The position numbers were made by a program, and so were the translations under genes. A stretch of DNA of 62,743 nt, filler included, from Aduncisulcus paluster (Eukaryota): the NCBI GenBank assembly GCA_024181965.1. It is 8 parts of 8 records of this genome, joined end to end, with 100 filler letters (N's around TTAATTAATTAA, not from the genome) between each part and the next. Parts side by side here need not be neighbours in the genome. Positions count along the whole stretch, not along the records: positions 20,133 to 26,250 come from BQXS01012340.1; positions 26,351 to 27,819 come from BQXS01012341.1; positions 27,920 to 33,939 come from BQXS01012342.1; positions 34,040 to 39,576 come from BQXS01012343.1; 4 more parts are not named here. One strand, given 5' to 3'. The notes beneath the pieces were generated by a model. It did not search any database and was not told where the DNA came from. It saw only the letters and a program-made list of their open reading frames with translations. Of this stretch, positions 25,053-37,499 are shown piece after piece (the stretch's first letter is position 1; the number at the start of each line of letters is the position of its first letter).

Positions 25053-26037
25053 CTATCAACTGATTATTCGGATGTTATTTTCATGTATATAAATGAAATA
25101 ATATACTTAAAAGTATTTAATATGGAAGATATTCTTGAGAATGGAAGATATTTTTTTTTTAACGAAATGTTAATTTTTTTTTTTTTTTGGACATTTTTGA
25201 TTTTTTTTGAACAATATTTAGATAGTCGTTCAACTATTATTCACTTTTCTGATGTTTTTATTGATATAGGTGGAAAAAATATTCTTTTCCTTCTCTTCCT
25301 TTACTTTTTGTTTTCCTATTTTTAGATTCGTATTTTCTCACAGACCGATTTTCCGACACACCCCTTGTTATCTTTCCCGTATCTCTTATCTATTTTTAGA
25401 AAAAAGGAATTATTTTGACTTATCTTAAGTTATTTTATATTGAATAGTGTGTTTTATATATACATATTTTTCCGTGTGTGGTTCTGTGATAATGAATAAT
25501 TAATTTCTGAGTTAATAATGAATGTTTTTTTATCTTGTTATTAACGCATAAGGATATTTGTTTGTCTATTTTTTATTTTTCTTTTTTTTCTTTATTTTTT
25601 TTTTTTTTGTCAGTCCTGATTTTGCCATATTTTTGCAAAGTTTACATTTTTTTTCTGCAATTTTCCCTGCAAATTCATCAAAAATCTCGTTGAATCAATG
25701 ACGTTGATTGATTGTGTCAAATTGACACTGTCAATCAAATAAAATGTCTATTTAAGTTCTGAACTCTATTATGGACGTTCTCTTTGGACACTCTGCTTTA
25801 AAGATATTAGCAAGAAAATAGAATAAAGTGGAACAATAATTGTTCCAGTGTGTCTCACAAAAAATCATGGTGAGATATATCTTCTTAAATAAAATATTAT
25901 ATCGGTATGTCTTGTAAAATAACAGTCCTAATATTTATTTTTTCTAAAAATCTTGATTTGCAGCTATTTGTGACCCATTTGTAATTTCATTCAATTTTGC
26001 TTCAAACCCCAGAGTTATTCCCGAAAATACATTAATT

Positions 26038-26250
26038 ATGTCATTAGAAGAGGAGTTTATTGACAAAATATTGTCTAAAAAATTTGGAGACCATACTCTT
26101 ATCGAAATTCTCCATGACAAAAAAATTTCGTCGTTATCGGTTTTTATGAAAACCATAAGGGATCACCTTAGGAAAGATTTTAAGATAATTCATTCGGTAG
26201 AAGAAAGATGTAGAGTTTATTGTAAGTGTTGTGATATCTCTTTAGTACAC
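26038..26250 (+). mobile_element. Possible Mutator-like transposase N-terminus, cut by the contig end
   Basis: KDFKIIHSVEERCRVYCKCC resembles the MuDR/FAR1-type N-terminal DNA-binding motif. Confidence 0.35.
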
Positions 26251-26439
26251 NNNNNNNNNNNNNNNNNNNNNNNNNNNNNNNNNNNNNNNNNNNNTTAATT
26301 AATTAANNNNNNNNNNNNNNNNNNNNNNNNNNNNNNNNNNNNNNNNNNNNGACATCGGATCATTCAACGAAGACGACTGGAAGCAAGGTTCAATACCAGA
26401 TCAATATAAAATACCATATCCGCTACAAATCAATAAAGA

Positions 26440-27323
26440 ATGCAAATATCAAATATTTTTTCGATAGAGGTTCCCCCACTTTTCTCAGCCACCGCCGGTG
26501 GAAAGTTTGTGTATTTTTTTTGTTTGTTTGTTTTTTTGGGAAAAAAATATATTAAAGAAATGTACAGTGCAACCACCGTACAGGGGGGACCCCCACGGAT
26601 GGGGGTAAAAGGGGGGGATTTTACTCATAGATTGGCAGAAAATAAAAGAATCAAGTTCATTGGGCAGATCAAGTTCTCTTCTTATGTTGTTTGAACTGTT
26701 CAGAGAGAGAGAGAGAAGAGAAAAGCTTGGATTTGACAGAAGAAAGGAAAGATCACGAATCAAGAATCATCATCCAAGAATAAGATGATGTGACACATAG
26801 ATTGGGGAATAACATTGATGTTATTGATGTTATTGGTGTTATTGATGCGTTATTCGAGATTCAAATGAGTAAAGCGAGGGGCAGGTATGTCAAGTTGTAT
26901 CATTTTCTCAATTACTTTCAGAGACAATGGGTGGAAACCAGGATCAACAATCAGAAGCAGAGAGTTGAGTGTTTTTTGTTTGTAGTAATATTTTAGGGAG
27001 TAGTATGGCAAATATCAAACGTTTAAGTTCAGTTTTATGTCAATAAAAAGAACAATAAGGTATCAAAAGGTTCGAGAGCCAAACAGATATCATTGACACA
27101 CAATAACAAACAATAGAGAGAATAATGCCATGAACTTCGAATTGCAATTACTGTAAGCCCCGTTTTTATCGTGATATTCCAGGAATATTGGGGAAAATAT
27201 TCTTAAGAGATTGTACAAATGAAGATGTTATGAATGACACAGTATAAAGAGAGGAATCAAATCAATAAAAACATGCCATTTGCTCCACAAGATGTTTTTT
27301 GACACGAAATTCGATCTTTTATC
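26440..27323 (+). repeat. ~0.9-kb dispersed repeat, copy 1
   Basis: Reverse-complement match to 61222-62108; near-identical for ~600 bp, more diverged afterwards. Confidence 0.9.
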
Positions 27324-27919
27324 GTGTTTTATACACTTATTCTCATTGATAAAAAAATCATCCCAAGAAAGAGCATAAAACATCGGAATTCGCTGTTTAG
27401 AATTGAATATTTCAGTTAATAAAGATCAACGGTTATTCATTTGGAGGTAATTACTTGAAATAATATTGTATACGTAACAAAATAAACTCGTCAAAACTGA
27501 ATCGTTGGATAAAGCGTTATTTTTGTTGGTCTTGAAGATTTTATTGATTAAATAAGAATATATTAAGTTTGAAATTATTTCTATCGTTTTATTATCTTTA
27601 ATTGACCCAGGGACGGAATTGTATCGTTGCTCGCAGTTATATGCCAAGTGTCATCAGATAAGACATCATTATGACATTCCTTGGCAAATTAAGTACACTA
27701 ATTTTTTTTAAGAATTCACTATATGATTCAAAGTCGGGAGTTATGGAAAAAAACATAGCCAGGAGTGTAATACCAAAGGGGAATCCAATATCTCGATAAT
27801 AAGAATTCGAAAATAGAATNNNNNNNNNNNNNNNNNNNNNNNNNNNNNNNNNNNNNNNNNNNNTTAATTAATTAANNNNNNNNNNNNNNNNNNNNNNNNN
27901 NNNNNNNNNNNNNNNNNNN

Positions 27920-30900
27920 TATCGAAGTGGCAATATCAGAATATCTATTACATGTGTCAGAGTCATTGTGATCATACTTTCCATCAGAACACCATATCTT
28001 CGAAAAATCCTTTACAGATCCTCCATCACAAAATTCCATAATAAACCCTGAATCACATTTTCTCCAATCATCGTCCAGAGGACCAAGGATATACAAAGGA
28101 CGCGGTATACGATAAAAACATACAGAATCTTCGAATAATTTTTTTTGCAGCTCAAATTCCATTCTGCATCTCATCTCAATATTAACAAGATATTCACGAT
28201 TTTTTCGTATCATTCTTTTTAGAACACATGGGAAAGGAATACCATTAACTTCAACAAGAAAAACTTCACCAAATCCACCCTTGCCAAGCTTGCATAACCT
28301 GTTCATAACAACTCCTGATAAATTTAGTTCTTTTTGGTATTTTTGCCATTCTAGTTCCTTTTCATCCTTAAGAATAGGGAAAAAGCTATCTGAAGAAGGG
28401 TATAAGCATTGATGTTTAGAAATATGATCATTTTCCTCGGCTGAAAATATTTTCTGGCCACTACCATCCCTCTCATAAGAAAATGTTATCATATCTCGGT
28501 GATCATGCACAGTACTTTGTTTCGTGGAAATGGAATCTTGTGAAGTATGAATCTGTTTTACATCCTGATGAGAAGATTGACTTTCTTGATCATGTGAAGG
28601 AATATCATGATTTTCTTTCTCCGTGTTTTGAAGAGTTGAAGGTAACGAAACTGATATAGGTTCATCAAATTCTATCCTCCTTCTATATTCTTTTTTACCG
28701 TCATATCCAAAATCACTTTTTTCAATGCGAGCAACATCTTCACCTTCCTCAACAATGCATCCAGGATTACCTCCATATTTTGCAAGCTGAGCCTTCACAA
28801 TATCATCAATGGATGGACATTTAAACCCTTCCCCAATCTCTGGCAGTAAATGTTTGATGATTTGCACTTTCACACGAGCTTTATGGACACTCATGCGTTC
28901 ATCTTTATCGAGATTGGTGAGACCTGTGAACACTTCATTCAAACATTCATGAACAGATCGGAATTTACCTCCTTCAATAATTAACAGAGATCTAAACAAG
29001 GGAGATTGACTAAGTTTTGGACACATATTCTTTTCCATCAGACCCATTAATACTCGCATAGTCTCTAATGTAATCGATAAATCATCTCCCAAGTGTTTTC
29101 TAACAACTTTTCTATAAACTTCTCTGAATATGGGCAATGAAACAAAAGGATGTTCACATAAGAATAACGCCAGAATCGACATTCCAAGAGAGTATCCATC
29201 ACTCGTTTGAGTCTGAATACTACCCATAAAAGTTTCATACGAGGCGTACACAAGATTTTCACATCCGAAATCGTATATTTTTATCTTTTCTTTCCTTTCG
29301 CCCTGGATGGCTGATGTAGAAGACGTTGAAGAAGAGATATCATAATCTAAGGATTCAACCATACTAAGATCACGTTCTGAATCATAGATAGATGTGATTT
29401 GAACCATTCCAAGATCACCAAGGACAACAGTGCAATCTCCATCTTTGGGATCAACACGAACAAGGAAGTTGTTTGGTTTGACATCTCGATGGACAAGACT
29501 CTTCTTTGCTCTGAACACATCATCAAGACATTCAATCATCCCAACACAGAGAGAACATAATTTCACAGGGTTTAATGTCATGTGATCAATATGAGTTGTG
29601 TCATGTTCATCACTATCATCAGCATCACCAATATCACTCACATACTTGCCATCATCACACCAACTCCTTGCAAAATCCCAAACACTACCTCCAGCACAAT
29701 ATTCCATGATATATCCATATACACCTTTCATATCTGCATCAAGAAGGTCAAGGATATACAAAGGACGTGGGATACGATTGAAACATTTGGGGTTGTTAAA
29801 TAACTTTCGTTGCATCTTGAACTCATTTCGACATTCTTTAACAACTTTTTCATCAGCTTCACGAAGCATTTTCTCAGAACACAAGGAATAGGAATACCAT
29901 CAACTTTAACAAGAAGAACTTCACCAAATCCACCATGACCAATGATGCACTGAGATGTGATGGTTGCAGAGGAAGTGAGAGTGAAAGAATCATGTTTGAT
30001 AAGCTTTGTGGAATCTGAAGGAAGGGGAGAAATATCTTCACCTTTAATGAAAATAAGGGAATCTATTCTAAAATCTCGACAATTCTGTTCTTTCCATGTT
30101 CCTTTTCCTTGAATATCACAGCAAACAACATTTGACAAATCAACAGGAAGGAAATATAATTCATAAATATGAATAATCTCGAAATAATATTTTGGTTTTG
30201 AGAATTCATACTTCTTGGATATCTTCTTACCATTAGAAAGAGTGAAAGTGAAGAGAAGAGAAGGTGAACTATCATATTTATAAATACAAATATATGCACC
30301 TTTAATTGAATGAGCAGAAGGGAAAGAGACGGAAAGATGTGATAATTCAGCATAATTTTCCCCTTTTAACATCTTTTGAAGCTTTAAACTCTGATCATAC
30401 CTTTTGGATAATGTTGAAAGAGAACTTTTTTTTCCCTTGACAATAAAATCTGCAGGATTTATGATTGACGGATCATCATATCGAATGAAAATAGAGTCTT
30501 CGTCGAATTTGATTAATTTGGGCTTCACTTCGGATGCTTGAAGCCATTTTTCAGCAAGTTCAGTTGATATTCTTTTAGATTCTGGCTTGGAAATGGATCC
30601 ATTGACAAAAACCAGTGATATAATCCGAAAATTACTTCTTTCTTCTCCTTTTCCCATAATTTCACACAAACTAATATCAGAAAGACCAACAGGAAGGTAA
30701 AACCAACTGTCCTTAGAAACAGATTTAAGAATAAAATTACTATATATTTTGGATGTTTTGTTTCCACTTGAGGAAGTAAAAGTGAAAATGAGATGTGAGG
30801 GTAATAAATAATCATTTCTCAAACAGATATAAACACCAAAAATTGATGAAGGGGAAGAAAAGGGGATATAAAGATCGGATAATACCACACCAAAAGTACG

Positions 30901-31821
30901 TTCACCCATTAACATGCTTCGAGCTTGAGAACTCTGATCATAATCTGTAGATCCGATACATAAGGTTTTATCATTTCCCTTCACACATGAATATGAAGGA
31001 TCTATAACTGAGGGATCGTCACGTGGAATTGGAAGAGAATTTTTACCTCCTTCATGAACAAATAGGGACTCTATATTTGGAGATTCGAGCCATAGTTTCT
31101 CAAGATTAAATTTTCTGGCTTTGCGGATCGGCAATTCCTCATAGGTTTCTTCTCTGATAAAAAAGAGTGATTTAATTGAAAACAAATTGTCAGGATATCT
31201 TTCTCCATCTCTTCCTCTCCCAGTAATCTTACATAGAGATACATCAAAAAGATCAATAGGGAGGAAATACCAACAACAGTGATCCAATTCTGGAAATTCA
31301 TACATTTTCGATATTCTCTCTCCTGTTGAAGAGGTTAAAGAAAAGATAAGACACGATGGATGTGGATAATGACTAGATTTTTGCCAAATACAAATATACG
31401 CACCTTTTATCTGGGTTGTTGGTGGGAAAGTCATGGAGATATGGGTAAAAGATCGGTTATTATTCCTTCCTTCCATCATCTTTTTTGCCCATAAGCTCAT
31501 ATCGAATATACGAGAAGTTATTTTCACAGTTTCATTCTTTGATTTGATACTTTCAAAGTCTGGGCTTGTAACGTTTGGAGAATCTCGAGGAATTGAAGGG
31601 CCCCCTTTATGGATAAGCTCTGGTTTAATGATTTGAATCTGTATCAACAAAAATCAAAATTTGGTGCGTATTAATAGAAAAAAATAGCAATAAATAGAAT
31701 AAGAGACATAAAAATCGATAAATTCATTTTCAATTCAATTGTAGTCAATAATATAAGACTATATAAAAGGGAAATTTTATGTTTTACATACTTCGCTTTC
31801 TGAGCTTGGTTTCGGATCCAT
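27920..31821 (-). CDS. Three copies of the ~180-aa domain fused to two tandem protein kinase domains; intron 31791-31639; 1-nt frameshift near 29874; 3'-truncated
   Basis: Exon 1 MDPKPSSESE|GTATGT...CAG|IQIIKPE. Kinase 1: GHGGFGEV, HRDVKPNN, DLG. Kinase 2: GKGGFGEV...CVLKRM...IMEFCDGGS. Confidence 0.85.
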
Positions 31822-32582
31822 TATATTCTAGATGGTTTATGGCAAGACTATGAACAATAATAAAACAATATGATATTTTAACAAAGAATAATGCCACAAT
31901 TATCGAACATTTAGTGAGTTTCAAGGAGAAAATGACGACAAAAACAGCCAGCGAGAGAACAAGTGAATAAAATGGGGTGATTATGGATTGACAAGAATTT
32001 AATATCCAATAAACGAAAAATTATGACATACAATATTTTCAATATTTCTTTTACAACGGGAAGAAATGAAGTTTCAGAATTCAAAACTCTGTATAATAAC
32101 AATGCAAGATGAGATTGCAGAATATATTGATTAAAAAATATAAATGTTTTATTTCTAACATATATTGGATACTAGTCTTGCTATTCCACTCCTGACTCAA
32201 AATCGTTTCCTAAGTCCCGAGTTTTGTTCACATATTGAATTATAAAGTTACAATATATGATGAAAAGTTATGGATTTGATCTGAGATGTAGATTTGAGAA
32301 AATGATATTGATATTCATGGTTTTGGAACATTCCTAATTTTACTCCCCAATTTACTTCTAAAATATCTAAATTTATTTAATTAAATCATTAATGGTTACT
32401 GTTAAAACCATTGACTTGCTTAAATACCTCCCAAAGTGGTTATCACCATTGCCCTAGTAACTAGGGCCTAGTTCTTGAGGCCAAAGTGGAAATTTTGTCA
32501 TCTTCAAGAGAAAACCCACGGCGTCGTTGATTCTTTAATTACTTTGTTGGTCATCTCTCTCTCTCTCTCTCTCCTTCTTCCG

Positions 32583-33939
32583 TTAATGGTGATCTTTCGA
32601 AGCATTCCACAAGTTCCAGAATGAACGCCAGAACCTTTCATAACGCCATGAACAATATAATGGTGTCCGAGAACAGCATGGACATGTAAATGGACAAATC
32701 ACACCCTTTTCGGTCATTCTGTCGTACTTTGCCTTCATCATCTTATCTGCTTCATCCACAAGCATAATGTGACCATATTTATCGATAAGACCGCTTCTCC
32801 TATTAACTTTCTCACATTCTTTAAAATAGTAAACTCGTCTTTTTGGATCTTTCCTCAAAATATCACTGATAAACTCCTCTCCCAGTTCAAAACTCCTAGC
32901 TTTTTTATAAGCTTCCGCTTCATGGATCGGACAAGGTGGGCATGCTTCTCCACATAATCCACGGCAAGCACATCCACAAGGCAATTTCTTATCACAAGAG
33001 AAATCACAACCAGACACAGAACATGGGTTTGAACAAAGATTTGAGCAGCTTCGATGTTTGCATGCATTAACACATCTTTCAACACAACGAGTGCAAGGAT
33101 CAGCACATTTTCTGGAACAAGAGGAATGGGGACATTTGAATTCACATGGTGCATTACACTTACATTTGAGTGGGGTGCCATTTTCAATTGCTTTGGAGTG
33201 TTCAAAACATGAAATTGAACACTTATGGCCACATTTAAGGGGTTTGTTGCAGATGTATGTGCATTTACAAGGTCCTGCATGACATCTTTCTTGACATTTT
33301 CTTCCACATCTTCCACACGGTTTCCCACATATGCGTTTACATGGACCAGGCACCTTCTCATGGCAGAAATACTTGATTGGATGACCACACACTTTACAAT
33401 TGGCATAGAGTTGAGTCATACATCGATAATTTGTGCATATGTATGAATGTCCACATGATTGTACACATGCATGACCACAGGGCTTAAGAAGACCACAGGG
33501 ACAAGGACAAGTTGGTTGATAGGGGTAAAGTTTCAATCTATCGGCCAGGATAGTGTGTTCACTGCTCATGAGACGTCGACGCAGTTTATGAGATTCATAT
33601 TTGGGGTTTTCAGAATAGAATTTATCCTCAAATTCCTTAATGTGACAATGGACATGTGGAACAGCTGATATTGGATTTTTTGGATTGTCAACACGATATA
33701 ATCGGTGTACTTCCGCTTTATCACGGATGGTTTTTTTGTCATAATCCAATTCAATCTTATCTCGATTGGTGGAGAATAATTTTCGAAGATTTTGGCATTT
33801 CAACACCCAAGAATGACCACAAGAACCGGTATAACCAACATTATAATTACAAGGAATACATTTCCTTGAACGTTGATTTGAAGGAAAACATTTGTAGCAT
33901 TCAGCTGGACAATTCTGCTTACAAACCTCACATGTGTGA
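32583..33939 (-). pseudogene. ZNFX1-like paralogue: NF-X1-type Cys-rich region, 5'-truncated by the contig edge, premature stop before the RZ finger
   Basis: Colinear with 44850-46280 (CYKCFP, GYTGSCGHSW, RRVYYFKECEKV, KYGHIMLVDEAD, SWRYER); residual homology (ERE MTNKVIKE...GFSLE) continues out of frame after the stop. Confidence 0.75.
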
Positions 33940-34605
33940 NNNNNNNNNNNNNNNNNNNNNNNNNNNNNNNNNNNNNNNNNNNNTTAATTAATTAANNNNN
34001 NNNNNNNNNNNNNNNNNNNNNNNNNNNNNNNNNNNNNNNCATCTTGGTAAGGAATTAAAAGTGAAAGAAAAACAAAAAATAAACAAAAAATAAACAAATA
34101 ATAAACTGAATTAGTTTTTATCAATCGAGCAGAGAGCAGAGAAGAGTGAGAACGATTCGAGAAGCAAAGAAAACCAGAAGAATAGCTTCTCTGCCAAGAA
34201 GTCGATGATATATTCACAATATTCATGGATTTCAACTGCAACTTATCAACATATTTTGTCACCTTATAATCCACTATGTAAACAAATGTCGAAGTTATGA
34301 AACGATTTCGTGCCAGGAGTGGACTCACAAGGATGGCATGCAATATATGATAGAAAGAAAAATGACCATATAAATTTATTTATATATTGTATGATATTGC
34401 TTCCTGAGGTTGTCATTCGCGACTTTGTGTTTTCGTCTTCTGCTTTTCCTTCGTTGCAAGCAATTCAAGATTTACTGTATGTCATATATTTCATTAAATG
34501 CGCATTAAGACATATTTTATGCAATGTCATGCAATTATATTCACTGTATTGTAATTAAATTTTTGTTTTTATATTTTCTTAGATCCCGACTCTTTTCCAT
34601 TGGCA

Positions 34606-35892
34606 ATGAGTTCTTCGACCGAAATACAAATTGTAAAACCAGAGTTTATTCATGAAGGGGATATTGATTGCTGTCCAATTCCTGGAGATGCCCCGAATAT
34701 TAAGAGTTCAGAGATTTCAAGTATCACAGCTATAGATGCAACCAAGGAAGAAGACGACGAAGAGTCCTATCAAAGTGAAGAAGACGACGAAGAGTTCGAT
34801 CAAAGTGAAGAATATGAAACCGAGGAAGAAGATGACGGAGAGTTCGATCAAAGTGTCGAAGCACAAGATATGATGAAAGGAGAGTTTAATGTTGGATTTT
34901 TTACCCATATCTCCATTCCTTTCTCCTCATGTTCCCCAATGAAAGGGGCTTATATCTGTCTGAATGGTTATCGGAATCTACCAGAATATCTTATCTTCAC
35001 CCTTACACCTTCTAAGGGTGATAAAATATCCAAGAAATATGAATTTCCTGAATTTGATGGAAAACATTGGTATTTACTTCCTGTTGATCTCCCTGATGTT
35101 GTTTTGTGTGAGATTACAGGGAAAGGAAGATGGCTAGAATCTTTTGGAATCAAATCCCTTGTTTTCATTAGAGAAGAAACCCCTGAAGAAATCAAATCTC
35201 GTGAAGCCAGAGAGAAACTATGGTCTGAAGCTCCTGTTGTGAAATCAGAGTTTGTTACGGAAGAAGATGAAGAATCTGATGGTAAAGCTTCAATTCCCAT
35301 TCTACGAAATGATCCAAAGCTTTTAGCTCCTTCATTCTCAATGGTTAAGTGCAAGGATGATGTGTATAGTAAGGAATCTAAATATTATGACAAGAGTTCA
35401 GAAGCACAAAGAATGTTAAAAGGGGAAGATTATGTATTTTTATCCCATCTTTCCGTTCCTTTCCTATCACCTAGTCCTATGAAAGGTGCTTATATCTGTG
35501 TGGAGAAGGATGATTGTTCACCCTCTCTTCTCTTCACTTTCACTGATTCTGATGGCAAGAAGACATCCAAGAAGTATGAATTCACAAAACCTAAACATAA
35601 ATATGAATGGCACTTCCTTCCTATTGATTTATTGAATATTGTATTGTGTGAGATTGAAGGGAAAGGAAGGTGGGATAAAAAGAATAGTCGAGATTTCTTA
35701 ATCAACCCCCTTGTATTTACTATGCCAGAAGAAATAGTTGTGAGTGAATTATTATCCCTTCTGCCATGGAAACATTCCAAAGATGATATCATGACAAAAC
35801 TTGAGAAAACATGCTATTATTTCGGTCAGGATCTGACATCTTGTGGAACGAAATCATCTGGAAAAAGGAAGAGTTCATCTGAGGAATATTGA
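34606..35892 (+). CDS. Protein with two tandem copies of the ~180-aa domain
   Basis: Two units with KPEFIHEG/KSEFVTEE, HISIPF/HLSVPF, MKGAYIC, SKKYEF, WxxLPxDL, LCEIxGKG. Confidence 0.85.
   Translation: MSSSTEIQIVKPEFIHEGDIDCCPIPGDAPNIKSSEISSITAIDATKEEDDEESYQSEEDDEEFDQSEEYETEEEDDGEFDQSVEAQDMMKGEFNVGFFTHISIPFSSCSPMKGAYICLNGYRNLPEYLIFTLTPSKGDKISKKYEFPEFDGKHWYLLPVDLPDVVLCEITGKGRWLESFGIKSLVFIREETPEEIKSREAREKLWSEAPVVKSEFVTEEDEESDGKASIPILRNDPKLLAPSFSMVKCKDDVYSKESKYYDKSSEAQRMLKGEDYVFLSHLSVPFLSPSPMKGAYICVEKDDCSPSLLFTFTDSDGKKTSKKYEFTKPKHKYEWHFLPIDLLNIVLCEIEGKGRWDKKNSRDFLINPLVFTMPEEIVVSELLSLLPWKHSKDDIMTKLEKTCYYFGQDLTSCGTKSSGKRKSSSEEY
34747..34854 (+). repeat. Three imperfect 30-bp repeats encoding EEDDEExxQS
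   Basis: gaagaagacgacgaagagttcgatcaaagt-like units, in frame. Confidence 0.8.
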
Positions 35893-36466
35893 GTTTGTCT
35901 CATTGCATCTCTTCTCGCTCTGATGTTTCTCAAAATGCTGAACTCTATGAAATTTCTACTGACAGAGACAAAGAAGTCAAGGTGCTAGTAGGGCATTCTA
36001 AACTCATAAGCAACGATATTTCCCATAAAACAGTCTTACAAATTGTTTGCTCTTGTGTTGATGAATTTGACTGCAGCATTCCGGCAACTCCTTTCATTAT
36101 TCCCCTTCAAGCTTCAACTTCATCCGTGGAGAGTCGAGAATCGGCCGAAAGATCTTCTTCCGAGCTTGTATGTTCGATTTGTCTCCTTCCGTTGACACAC
36201 ACGTTCTCGGAGTGTCGGGGACAAAACTGTTTCAATTCTTAATAAGAAAGAACGAAAATTTTAAATAATAATATTTCTTTTTCTCCGGTTTATTTTATTT
36301 CCTCCTTTTTTTATGCCTTTTTAATATTTTCTTTCCTATATTTCCTGGATACCTCAAAAACAATCCTCATTTTTGTTCTCCTCTGTTTCATTAAATTCTT
36401 TCTTTTTTGTCACACAACCTATTTTAATTTCAAATATATATATAGCTTTTTCAATCTCTCTTTTCA

Positions 36467-37012
36467 ATGTCAAAAAAAGCGTCCAGTTCCGACAAACCCC
36501 AAAAATCTCAACAATCGAAAAAGGTCCCGAAAAAACTCTCTATTCCAAGAACTAATCGAAAATCCTCTAAATTTCAAAGTTCTCGTCACGTTGGAAAATA
36601 TATTCGTTTTCGTTTGGTTATATTTGCCTCCCGATACACGGGGATTGCTCCATTGACCAATTCTGAGAAACTCTCCCTTCTTGAAGCTACAAAAAGGCGT
36701 TGTAATGTTCGAATTTACGATTCTATGATTGAACGAGGCCTAGAAACTACCATTGAAATGATGATTCAGGCTTCTCTTGCGAACGAAACAATATATCTGC
36801 CTGATGATGAATTCACTCCTAGTGAAGTTGTCATTAGGCTTAAATCAATGCTCAGAGCATTGGAACTACTCAATCCAATCCATTATGATGCCGATCAAGA
36901 TCTTCAATGTCTTACGAAAGAGATTTTTGGAGTCTTAAAACATGCCATCAATAGGATTCTATTCCTATATTTTTGCTTCATTCCTTCCCTTCGAGTACCT
37001 TTTCAAGAATAA
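36467..37012 (+). CDS. Hypothetical protein with basic N-terminus
   Basis: 181-aa ATG ORF after an AT-rich leader. Confidence 0.55.
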   Translation: MSKKASSSDKPQKSQQSKKVPKKLSIPRTNRKSSKFQSSRHVGKYIRFRLVIFASRYTGIAPLTNSEKLSLLEATKRRCNVRIYDSMIERGLETTIEMMIQASLANETIYLPDDEFTPSEVVIRLKSMLRALELLNPIHYDADQDLQCLTKEIFGVLKHAINRILFLYFCFIPSLRVPFQE

Positions 37013-37499
37013 TAGAGGAAAGAATTCGGGTCATTTGGAACTTGACTAGGACTCATTTTACACTTAGTTAACGAATTGTGATGGTGTGAATCGTTGATTG
37101 GGAATAGTTTATTGATATAGTCAATTTGAGGGGCAACGCACTGAACACACATAAAAACTGTAAGAAAAGAAGTTCGTCTTTCAGAGTACTCTGAGATAGG
37201 ATTTTGGAATATCGCTGTTCTTCAGAGAAAGCTTGCCAAAAAAATTGTCTAATTTAAAAGAGAAAGAGTTTCAAATACCAAGTTGACCAAAGTTCAAGGT
37301 CTATAGGCAATGGCAGTCACTCAGTGACTCCGTAGCCACGAACCTGAGGTGATGATGATGAGATATTATTTCATAAATAAATAATTGAATTTAGAATTTT
37401 AAGTTGGTTCTATCTCGATATAAGTTCTGCCGAATCATTCTTCAATGGAATTCCAAAGACTTCGTCATTGCTCGCCGATTGTGTTGGCAAATATTTCGA

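Noticed and set aside
26440..26694. Similar ORFs at 26440-26694 and 61918-62244 as a gene family
   Set aside because: They arise from the shared dispersed repeat, cross homopolymers and diverge in frame.
34477..34582. GTATGT...TAG intron adding an upstream coding exon to 34606
   Set aside because: Splicing from the ATG at 34391 is out of frame; at most a 5'-UTR intron.
35889..36242. 117-aa ORF after the two-domain gene
   Set aside because: TTG start and no motif; may be a decayed continuation but cannot be supported.
37305..37365. U4 snRNA-like words (gcaatggcagt...cgtagcca...tgagg) around the palindrome agtcact-c-agtgact
   Set aside because: No U6-pairing stem I sequence, K-turn or Sm site visible; similarity too short.
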